Part shown: positions 8,282-16,672 of the stretch, one piece after another
Numbering within the stretch: position 1 is the stretch's first letter
Layout: each line of letters begins with the position of its first letter
Origin: Acetofilamentum sp.
Lineage (GTDB): Bacteria > Bacteroidota > Bacteroidia > Bacteroidales > JAFGUD01
Length of the DNA: 40,985 nt
Reading direction: 5' to 3'
NCBI GenBank assembly: GCA_020722645.1
Contig: DYKL01000003.1
Location: 1 to 40,985 of the forward strand
Position numbers and translations under genes: made by a program
The notes under the pieces: model-generated
The model's database searches: none
What the model saw: only the letters and a program-made list of their open reading frames with translations
Told to the model about the DNA's origin: nothing

Positions 8282-10957
8282 ATGAATTTCAAATATTTAT
8301 ACATATTTGCTTTTTTGTCGTTGTTGTTTTTATCTTCTTGTAATAACAAAGAAGAAAAGAAAAATATAACTGCCGAAAATGGTGTTATAGTGATAAATAA
8401 CTTCGGAAACAATAAAAATTATCCCCTTGACGGAGATTGGGAATTTTATTGGAGTCAGTTGTTATTTCCTGTGAATTTTGAAAATTATAATATTGATACC
8501 GTTGATTTTGTAAAAGTTAATGGCGTTTGGAATAATTACATTGTTGATGATAATAAAATCGGTAAAAACGGCTTTGGTACTTTTCATCTTAAACTTGTTG
8601 TTCCAAAAGGTGAATATGGACTGAAAATCAGAAGAATAGAAACTGCCTATAATCTTTGGATAGATGACGTGCTAATTACAAGCAACGGAAATGTCGGCAA
8701 AGACAAAGAATCATCAGTTGCTCAGCTTCACCCAAAAATTGTTTTTTTTGATGTGAAAAATGATACAACAGATGTTGTTATTCAGGTCAGCAATTTTCAC
8801 CATCGGGTAGGAGGGATACAAAACAAAATTTTCATTGGAAAACCAAAAGATATTTATTGGAGTCAAACTGTAAGTTTGCTTACAACTTTTTTTCTAACCG
8901 GTAGTTTTTTGATTATAGCAATTTATTTCCTTTTTACTTTTATTTTTACTTCCCATAGTGGATTAGCTCCTCTTTATTTCAGCTTAACTATTATTTTCAG
9001 CATATTGTTTGCTCTTGTTAATGGTGAAAGTTTTTTTACCAAAATATTTACTGAAATGCCATGGGAAATGGTCAAAAAAACTGATTTTATAGGAAACTAC
9101 GGTAGGCTGATTTGTTTTATATTGTTTCTTAAGAGCATTTTTATGCAACATAAAATTTTATCTAATCTTTTAACAACAATAATTACCGTAATTTTTTCTC
9201 TTTTTGTTTTAGTCGTAATCGTTACTCCCGCATCTTTTTATACAAATACTTTGTATCCTTTTTTAGCTCTTACATTTGTAATTTTAATTTTTATTTCAGT
9301 TAAACTTTTTATTTTAGCCTTAAAAAAAGACACACCTGCAACAATTGTTTTGTTTGGAATAATAACAGTTGTAATCACTTTTGTTAATGATGCTCTTTCT
9401 TATGCTAATTTAATTAATACGCCTTATGTAGCAAATATTGGACTTTTTGTGTTTCTTCTGGCTAATTCCGTTGTCCTTGCCCTTAACATTTCTAATGCAA
9501 GAAAAACAAATGTTCAATATACGGCTTTGTTTGAAAATATCAATAAAATCCGATATGAACTATACAATATTAATTCATTCGACCTTGGTAAAATGTTAAG
9601 CATTGTAACCGTTGAAGTTAAATCTGACTTTTCTTCAATCTTTTTTATTGAAGACAACAAATATAAATGTGAAATTATTTATAATGCAGGTAATACTGAC
9701 AGTGCATTTTTAGGCGATGCTTTAAAAATTGATTTTAACGAAACTCTATTTGAGTATGTTAATCGAAAGAAGAAAACTATTGCTGTTAAAGATTACATTC
9801 TTTTACCTATTTACGATGAAAAAAAGATTAAAGCGGTTGTTTTTTTCAAGGAAGTTAAAGCCAGACTAAAACAAAGCACTGAAATTCTGGAAATGCTTCA
9901 AAATGAGTTTGATACATTTATTAGTAATTACACTTATTATTATCAACTACAAAATTTGAACAAAAACCTTGAAAAGATTGTAGAACAAAGAACAAACCTC
10001 ATTTTTAAACAAAAAGATGAACTGTTTATAAAACAAGCCTCACTTGATGAAAAATTGGAAGAGCTTAATATCAGCAACAGTATTATTGACGATATGAACA
10101 TAGAACTTATTAAAAAAGCATCTCTTATTGCTCAAAAAATAAAAGAATCAGAAGAAAAACAGAACAAAATAAAAAATCAGAAAGAAGTTATTGAATACAA
10201 AAATAAAACTATTTCAAGTAGCATTAATTATTCAAAAACTATTCAATCTACATTATTAAAATATACTCAACAAATTCCGAAATCTGAATATTTTGAAATT
10301 TCAATGCCTCGAAATATGGTAAGCGGAGATTTCTGGTTTTCTCAAAATTATAAAAATTACACAATAATTGCATTTTTTGATTCAACCGATACAAACGTTA
10401 TATCCACATTTTTATCTATTTATATAAAATCATTATTTGAGGAAGTTTTTAACAAAAACCCCGAACTTGTTATAAAAAGCCCTGATTTGTTTTTGAAGGA
10501 TATGAAAAATATATTCTTTGAAACTATTGACAAAGAAAGCCCGAAAGATGATGACTATGATGTGTTTTTATGCGTTATAAATCAGGAAAATGGAAAAATG
10601 GTTTATGCCGGCGAGGGTATTATAGCAAATATTGCAAGAGAAAAAGAAATTTTGGATTTAAACCTTGCAAAAAAAGTTTTTGTCGAAAGAAAAAATGTAG
10701 AATATGACAGCTCTGTTTTTGAGCTGCATTACGGAGATACTCTGTATGTTCAGTCTGACGGTTTGATTAATCAAATCGGACAAAAAACAAAGAAAAAATT
10801 TGGTCAGATAGCATTAAATAATATGCTGGGTGAAATTCAAAATTATGATTTCAACAAACAAAAAAATGAAATTATTAACACGTTTAAAACTTGGAAAGGT
10901 GACTTTAAGCAAGTAGATGATTACTTGTTTGTTGGTTTCAAGTTTATTGAATCTTAA
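8282..10957 (+). CDS. 7TMR-DISM sensor lipoprotein with degenerate PP2C-like C-terminal domain (paralog 2)
   Basis: 891 aa. Lipobox FLSSC and GDWEFYWSQLLFP motif. Same architecture as paralog 1. The metal-site motif reads FFDSTDTNVISTF (10379-10399) instead of D-x-T-G-H-G. Starts 5 nt after the paralog 1 stop. Confidence 0.8.
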   Translation: MNFKYLYIFAFLSLLFLSSCNNKEEKKNITAENGVIVINNFGNNKNYPLDGDWEFYWSQLLFPVNFENYNIDTVDFVKVNGVWNNYIVDDNKIGKNGFGTFHLKLVVPKGEYGLKIRRIETAYNLWIDDVLITSNGNVGKDKESSVAQLHPKIVFFDVKNDTTDVVIQVSNFHHRVGGIQNKIFIGKPKDIYWSQTVSLLTTFFLTGSFLIIAIYFLFTFIFTSHSGLAPLYFSLTIIFSILFALVNGESFFTKIFTEMPWEMVKKTDFIGNYGRLICFILFLKSIFMQHKILSNLLTTIITVIFSLFVLVVIVTPASFYTNTLYPFLALTFVILIFISVKLFILALKKDTPATIVLFGIITVVITFVNDALSYANLINTPYVANIGLFVFLLANSVVLALNISNARKTNVQYTALFENINKIRYELYNINSFDLGKMLSIVTVEVKSDFSSIFFIEDNKYKCEIIYNAGNTDSAFLGDALKIDFNETLFEYVNRKKKTIAVKDYILLPIYDEKKIKAVVFFKEVKARLKQSTEILEMLQNEFDTFISNYTYYYQLQNLNKNLEKIVEQRTNLIFKQKDELFIKQASLDEKLEELNISNSIIDDMNIELIKKASLIAQKIKESEEKQNKIKNQKEVIEYKNKTISSSINYSKTIQSTLLKYTQQIPKSEYFEISMPRNMVSGDFWFSQNYKNYTIIAFFDSTDTNVISTFLSIYIKSLFEEVFNKNPELVIKSPDLFLKDMKNIFFETIDKESPKDDDYDVFLCVINQENGKMVYAGEGIIANIAREKEILDLNLAKKVFVERKNVEYDSSVFELHYGDTLYVQSDGLINQIGQKTKKKFGQIALNNMLGEIQNYDFNKQKNEIINTFKTWKGDFKQVDDYLFVGFKFIES

Positions 10958-13653
10958 TGAATAATAAGTTAGTTTTTATATTATTATTTGGACTTTTTGT
11001 GTTTTTTTTCACTTCGTGTAAAAAAGAAAATTCTGAAAATCAAAAAGTAGTCAAGGGTGTTATAAATCTATCTGATTTTGACAAAGATAAAATTTATACT
11101 ATTCAAGGCGACTGGGAATTTTATTGGAATAAACTTTTAAAACCTTCCGAAATCAGAAACCTTCCGTCCGATTCTGTGAATTACACTTATGTGAACAACG
11201 GCTGGAACGATTTTATTTATAACGGACAAAAAATTAAAGGGTTTGGTTTTGCAACATACAGACTCAAAATAATAGCACCACAAGGTTTATATACTATCAA
11301 ATTCAGACAAATTCTGTCTGCATACAAAGTATGGATAAATGATAAATTGGTTTCACAAGTTGGTAATCCGGGAGATATTAATACACATAATGCCAAGATA
11401 TTGCCGAATGAAATTGTTTTTAGGTCTGTATCAGATACAATTGAAGTTGTTTTGCAGGTTAGTAATTATTCGCACAGAGTAGGAGGTATTCAGGAACTTG
11501 TAACTATCGGAAAACCTAATGTAATAACCGAAAGAGTAAAGAATAGTCTGAATTATTCGTTCTTTATTCTCGGTTCCGAAGCAATTTTTGCTTTGTATTT
11601 CCTTTTAACTTTCTTTTTCCGCCGAAAAAACATAGCTTATCTCTATTTTAGTTTCAGCATACTTACATCTTTGCTGTTTGAGATAGTAAATAATGAAATG
11701 TTTTTTATGAGAGTCTTGTCTGAAATTTCGAGTTTTGAATTAATCAAAAAAATCGACTTTTTATGCAATTACACTCGCCTCACATTTTTTAGTTTATTCT
11801 TTTGGGCTTTTTTTAAAGACAATAAAATAATAAACAAATATGTTTTCAGTGTTATTTTATCTATTTCTGTTATACTGGATTTGTATGTCTTATTTACTCC
11901 TTGCCGACTTTACTCAGAAACATTAATGTTTTTTATGGCGTTTGGTCTTATCAGTTTCCTTTATTTTACTTTTTCATTGTTGTACGGACTTTTCAAAAAA
12001 GTTAAAAATATTGTTTTTTCGTTTATCGGTATGTTAATTTTTAATATAGGACTTATAAATGATATTCTTTTCAATCTGAATGTTATTAATTCAATTTATT
12101 TGTTAAACACCGGATTGCTTATATTTTTTATTATGCAGAGTATTATACTTGCTCTTAATTATTCTTATACGCAATCAAGCGTTAATATTTTATCTAACAG
12201 ATTTATAGTGCTTGACCGTCTTAGAAATTCCTTTTTAAATATTACTTCTTACGATTTACCTAAAGCTTTGGAAATTATCAGTGCTGAATACGAAGCAGAT
12301 AAAATTGAAATTCTTGTTTATAATAACAAAAAAACATATTGCGAAAGCAAAAAACAAGATGGAAGTATTCTTTTTGCTCAGATGGAGCAGAATTTGACTT
12401 CTGATTTTGATGAAAATTTATTTATTGATTCAACCGTTAAATCTAAAAATTTACTTTTTCATAAAGATGAGTTTTCTGTTTTTTCTATGCCTTTAATTCA
12501 AAATGAAGAAATCAAGGCTGTCCTATTGCTTGGTAGAATTAAAAAATTCACTAAAGAAGAGCTTACTATTCTTGAAGATATATCTTCTCATATATCAGTT
12601 ATTTTTGAAAATTATAACTATTTCTGGACTTTGGACAAAATCAATAAAAATCTTGAGTTTTTAATTGATAAAAGAACAAAACTGGCATATAAACAAAAAG
12701 ATGAGCTAATTGCAAAAACGTTTGAACTTGACAAAAAAATTGAAGAACTTAATATTTCTTCAAAAATTGTTGATGATTTGAATCAGGAACTAATTACAAA
12801 CAGAAGAGAAATTACAGAGGCGCAACAAAAACTTATGATTCAGCAACAGGAAATTAATTCTCAGAAATTATTATTGACTGATAAAACCAAAAATATTAAT
12901 TCAAGCATAAATTATGCTCAAAAAATACATAAAACTTTATTTAGAATAAATCAAAGAGTTGATAACACAGAGATTTTTGAGTTTGCTAAACCAAAAGATA
13001 TTGTAAGTGGCGATTTCTGGGGCGTTTTTAAATCTGCTAACAAAATATACGTTACATTGGTTGATAGCACCGGACAGAACGTCAGTGGTACTTTTCTGAG
13101 TTTTTTAATTCTTTCTTTCATCGAAGAAATTATAATTGACAATTTCAGAAATGACTTGTCATCTGCTGATATTCTATATTTACTGAAAAATAAATACCTG
13201 AAATTTATTGGTGCTGAAAAAACTTCCAGACTAATTCAAGATAGCTTTGATATATCACTTGTTGCTTTTGACAATCGAAACAATGTGCTTGAGTTCAGCG
13301 GTGCAGGGCAACCGGCTTTGATTGTGCGAAAAGGTGAAAATATTTTTCTCGAACCTGATATAAGCCCTGTTGGTGGGCATCAACATTTTTTCGACAACAA
13401 ATACAAAAACAAAAAAATCGAGTACAAAAAAAACGATACTGTTTATTTATTCAGTGACGGATTTAGTAATCAGATTACAAAAGAAACTAAACAAAAATTT
13501 GGTATAAATAATTTTTTACTGTTGCTTAACAGCATTTCTCCTTATGCTTTCGATAAACAAAAACACGATTTAAATGAAAAATTTGATGAACTTTTGCAAA
13601 ACATCAGACAAATTGATGATGTTTTAGTCGTTGGTGTAAAGTTTAATATCTGA
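10957..13653 (+). CDS. 7TMR-DISM sensor lipoprotein with partly degenerate PP2C-like C-terminal domain (paralog 3)
   Basis: 898 aa. Lipobox FFTSC and GDWEFYWNKLLKP motif. The motif reads LVDSTGQNVSGTF (13063-13083). The start ATG overlaps the paralog 2 stop (TAATG). Confidence 0.8.
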   Translation: MNNKLVFILLFGLFVFFFTSCKKENSENQKVVKGVINLSDFDKDKIYTIQGDWEFYWNKLLKPSEIRNLPSDSVNYTYVNNGWNDFIYNGQKIKGFGFATYRLKIIAPQGLYTIKFRQILSAYKVWINDKLVSQVGNPGDINTHNAKILPNEIVFRSVSDTIEVVLQVSNYSHRVGGIQELVTIGKPNVITERVKNSLNYSFFILGSEAIFALYFLLTFFFRRKNIAYLYFSFSILTSLLFEIVNNEMFFMRVLSEISSFELIKKIDFLCNYTRLTFFSLFFWAFFKDNKIINKYVFSVILSISVILDLYVLFTPCRLYSETLMFFMAFGLISFLYFTFSLLYGLFKKVKNIVFSFIGMLIFNIGLINDILFNLNVINSIYLLNTGLLIFFIMQSIILALNYSYTQSSVNILSNRFIVLDRLRNSFLNITSYDLPKALEIISAEYEADKIEILVYNNKKTYCESKKQDGSILFAQMEQNLTSDFDENLFIDSTVKSKNLLFHKDEFSVFSMPLIQNEEIKAVLLLGRIKKFTKEELTILEDISSHISVIFENYNYFWTLDKINKNLEFLIDKRTKLAYKQKDELIAKTFELDKKIEELNISSKIVDDLNQELITNRREITEAQQKLMIQQQEINSQKLLLTDKTKNINSSINYAQKIHKTLFRINQRVDNTEIFEFAKPKDIVSGDFWGVFKSANKIYVTLVDSTGQNVSGTFLSFLILSFIEEIIIDNFRNDLSSADILYLLKNKYLKFIGAEKTSRLIQDSFDISLVAFDNRNNVLEFSGAGQPALIVRKGENIFLEPDISPVGGHQHFFDNKYKNKKIEYKKNDTVYLFSDGFSNQITKETKQKFGINNFLLLLNSISPYAFDKQKHDLNEKFDELLQNIRQIDDVLVVGVKFNI

Positions 13654-13707
13654 ATTCTTGTCTAATTATTGATTATTAGATGTTTCCTTTAAATTTTTTA
13701 CTTATTT

Positions 13708-14880
13708 ATGAATATAGTTAATTTTTCTGACACAGAAACAGCCTTTCGGATAAAATCTTATAAAGAACTGAAAAGAGCTGTTTTTTTATTCAAATTGATA
13801 AATTTCAGGTTTTTTGTAAAATTATCACGATTTTTTACAAATCTTGCTTTGAAAATCAGATTCCCTATTGCTTGGGCTGTTAAACCAACTGTTTATAAGC
13901 ATTTTGTAGCCGGCGAAACAATCCAGAGTTGCAGCAAAATAATAGATAAATATAGAGAGTTTAATGTTAAAATAATTCTGGATTATTCAGTTGAAAGCGG
14001 TAAAAAAATTGAAGACATAGAAAAAACGTTGGCTGAAACTCTCCGAACAATTGATAACGCTGCAAAAATTGAAAATGTACCTTTTGTTGTTTTCAAACCA
14101 ACAGCATTGTCGCTTGTTCATATTCTTGAAAAAGCATCAAAACAAACTCCGCTGGATAATACAGAAAATGATGAACTGAATAATTTTAAAAACCGTGTAA
14201 AAATATTGTGTCAAAAAGCTTTTGATTCAGGAATACCTATATTATTTGATGCAGAAGATGTTGCTTATCAGAATATTATTGACCAAACTGCTTATGAAAT
14301 GATGTTGTTTTATAACAAAGATAGAGCAATTGTTTACAATACGCTCCAAATGTATCGTTCAGACAGGATAAATTATCTGAGTAATTTATACAAAAAATCA
14401 GTTGATGATAATATTTATTTAGGATTAAAATTTGTCAGAGGTGCGTATATGGAACACGAAAGAGAATTAGCAAAAAATTCAGGTTATGCAGACCCTATTC
14501 ATAAAACAAAGCAAGATACAGATAATGCTTATAATGAGGCTTTAAGATTTTCGGTTGAGCATATTGACAGAATTTATATTTTTAATGCTACACACAACCA
14601 AGAAAGCACACTTCTTTTAGTTGATTTGATGGCAAAAAACAAAATTTCTAATAATGATAAAAGATGTTATTTTTCGCAATTATACGGTATGAGCGATAAT
14701 ATTTCGTTTAATCTTGCAAAATCGGGCTTTAATGTTGCAAAATATACTCCTTATGGACCTGTAAGACAGGTTTTACCATATCTCTTGAGGCGTGTTGAGG
14801 AAAATTCATCTGTTGCCGGACAAACATCAAGAGAATTGGGTTTATTGAAGAACGAATTAAAAAGGAGGAAAATAAAATAA
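13708..14880 (+). CDS. Proline dehydrogenase (monofunctional PutA-like)
   Basis: 390 aa. Motifs LQMYRSDR, GLKFVRGAYMEHERELA and QLYGMSDNISFNLAKSGFNVAKYTPYGPVRQVLPYLLRRVEENSSV are characteristic of the proline dehydrogenase family. Confidence 0.85.
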   Translation: MNIVNFSDTETAFRIKSYKELKRAVFLFKLINFRFFVKLSRFFTNLALKIRFPIAWAVKPTVYKHFVAGETIQSCSKIIDKYREFNVKIILDYSVESGKKIEDIEKTLAETLRTIDNAAKIENVPFVVFKPTALSLVHILEKASKQTPLDNTENDELNNFKNRVKILCQKAFDSGIPILFDAEDVAYQNIIDQTAYEMMLFYNKDRAIVYNTLQMYRSDRINYLSNLYKKSVDDNIYLGLKFVRGAYMEHERELAKNSGYADPIHKTKQDTDNAYNEALRFSVEHIDRIYIFNATHNQESTLLLVDLMAKNKISNNDKRCYFSQLYGMSDNISFNLAKSGFNVAKYTPYGPVRQVLPYLLRRVEENSSVAGQTSRELGLLKNELKRRKIK

Positions 14881-14897
14881 AAAAACCATTAATTTAT

Positions 14898-15030
14898 CAA
14901 TAGTTCGGTATATTTTGAAGTAATTCGTTAATATTCAGCAAATTGATTTTGTATGTGTAACAAATTAGTAGTTGATTGAAAATCAATAATTTGCTAATTT
15001 GCTAATTGAAAAATTAACGAATTATTGTTT
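14898..15030. repeat. Dispersed inverted-repeat element, copy A (133 nt)
   Basis: Aligns by eye at roughly 80% identity with 39272-39423. Has a perfect 12-bp inverted repeat, taattcgttaat (14921-14932) / attaacgaatta (15013-15024), and an inner palindrome ATTGAAAATCAAT. Five phased AATT-octamers lie at 14988-15027. An outer IR, aaccattaat 14884-14893 / attaatggtt 15031-15040, flanks the element. Confidence 0.8.
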
Positions 15031-15121
15031 ATTAATGGTTTTATATAAATATAGGTTAAAATCTGATATTATTTTATTTTGATTTATAAAATTCAGATAT
15101 TTAATATTTTTTGAAAAAAAA

Positions 15122-15586
15122 TTATTTGCTGCCAACAAATGAAAGTATTCCAACTGCACAGGTTTTTTTATCTGTTACACCATCTTTGAATCTTATAGAA
15201 ACATAGTACATTCCTGATTTTCTGCATACGAAATCAAAAGAGTTGTAATGTTTTCCGCTAGCAGGATCGTAAGTCGATCCATAAGGATCTGTTTTTTCAG
15301 GATGTTGGCTATCGTATAAGGTTAAAATTACTTTCTTTTCAAATCCTTCTGGAACGCATAGATTAAATCTGTAATGTGCGTCTTTATTTAATACAACTGT
15401 CCAACGAGCTCCACTTTCTGCAGCAGTTGTGTTTTTCAACTTTGTATTGAAGTCTCTTAAATAGATACTTTGTGTTTCTGTTGCACAAGCATAAACCATT
15501 TTTTGAGGACATTGTGCTTTGGCTTTTTGTGGCAGTAAACTAAAAACAGCAAATGCAGCAATCAATGAAATTATGAATTTTTTCAT
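15122..15586 (-). CDS. Small secreted Cys-containing protein, unknown function
   Basis: 154 aa. Signal peptide MKKFIISLIAAFAVFSLLPQKAKA. Five Cys in the mature part. The start lies 1 nt after the stop of the upstream lipoprotein gene. Confidence 0.6.
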   Translation of the reverse strand: MKKFIISLIAAFAVFSLLPQKAKAQCPQKMVYACATETQSIYLRDFNTKLKNTTAAESGARWTVVLNKDAHYRFNLCVPEGFEKKVILTLYDSQHPEKTDPYGSTYDPASGKHYNSFDFVCRKSGMYYVSIRFKDGVTDKKTCAVGILSFVGSK

Positions 15587-15587
15587 A

Positions 15588-16526
15588 TTACAATTTTATT
15601 AGTTTGTTACGAATTTTTTCTGTTGTTGATATTATTTGTTGAAGTTGTTCGTCAGTAATTTCGACGACACTAACTTCATTTTGAGTTATAACTACGTGAC
15701 CATCAATAACTTCTGTTACAGGGTCGCCTACTTCGTAAGTTATTTTTACTTGGTCAAAAATATTTTGAAATTCCTTAAAATCAGCAACTAAACTTTCAAA
15801 ATAAGGATCATCTGAATATATTTTCAGTATGGGGTAAAGCATACTAAATAAAATTTTCTGTTCTCCGATTCTTTCTCTTAATTTTTCTGTCTCTTTTTCG
15901 CTTGCCACTTGTGTCAGCAAATATAAACCTTCTAACCAAACGCCTGTAATAACAAGTAAACTCAAATTGCTTCTTGCACTTTCTCTTAGATATGAGTCCA
16001 TTTCCTGAAAACTCTGCACAGATAAAAATAGCAGAGAGTCTATATTATCGTTGCTTGTTGCTATTCTTTTAAATGATTGAAAATCAAAAAACTGGCTTAC
16101 TTTCAAATCGTCAGAAAGACGTTTGATAGCAGAAAGATATTCAACTATAAGCGAAGACCTTTGATATACGTTTAGATAACCCAAATCTGCACTTAACATA
16201 CCTAAAGCCATTGCTTTTTTGTTGTTTGTATCGTAATTTTCAGTAAGTTTAGGATCAACCAAATATTTTTTTGAAAATTCAACATTTAAACTGTTCATTA
16301 AAGCAGCCATTTCTACAGGAGAAGAAAAACTGCTGATGATTTCATTAATTGCTTCTTCGTTTATAACAACTGATTGAGTATTATCCTGCTCAGTTATCAG
16401 ATTATTTAAATCGTTTTCATCTTTGTTCTTACAGCCTAATGTATATGATTGCACGTATAGAAAAAAAACGATACAAATTATGCTTAGTATGTATTTTTTT
16501 AGCATATTGAATGGTTTATTATGCAA
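15588..16526 (-). CDS. Putative lipoprotein, unknown function
   Basis: 312 aa. Lipobox-like YTLGCKN after a hydrophobic segment. The listed start is TTG. An ATG at 16505 (MLKKYIL...) is the more likely start. Confidence 0.6.
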   Translation of the reverse strand: MHNKPFNMLKKYILSIICIVFFLYVQSYTLGCKNKDENDLNNLITEQDNTQSVVINEEAINEIISSFSSPVEMAALMNSLNVEFSKKYLVDPKLTENYDTNNKKAMALGMLSADLGYLNVYQRSSLIVEYLSAIKRLSDDLKVSQFFDFQSFKRIATSNDNIDSLLFLSVQSFQEMDSYLRESARSNLSLLVITGVWLEGLYLLTQVASEKETEKLRERIGEQKILFSMLYPILKIYSDDPYFESLVADFKEFQNIFDQVKITYEVGDPVTEVIDGHVVITQNEVSVVEITDEQLQQIISTTEKIRNKLIKL

Positions 16527-16672
16527 AAATAAAAAATAATTTTGATAAAATAAAAAAAAATAATTTTATCTTTATGTATTTTGCTCTGAATATATTTAAA
16601 ATAAGTGTGTTATAATTTGAATAACTCTATTATTTTGTTTTTTATTTTTGTTCCGTTAGATGTTTTTTTGTT

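Noticed and set aside
8158-8343. 61-aa ORF bridging the junction of PP2C paralogs 1 and 2
   Set aside because: It overlaps the well-supported 3' end of one gene and the signal-peptide region of the next, in another frame, so it is spurious.
16544-16570. Hairpin gataaaat / attttatc as a terminator after the ABC gene
   Set aside because: It has an 8-bp stem with only one G-C pair and an 11-nt all-A/T loop, which is too weak and too common in this composition to call.
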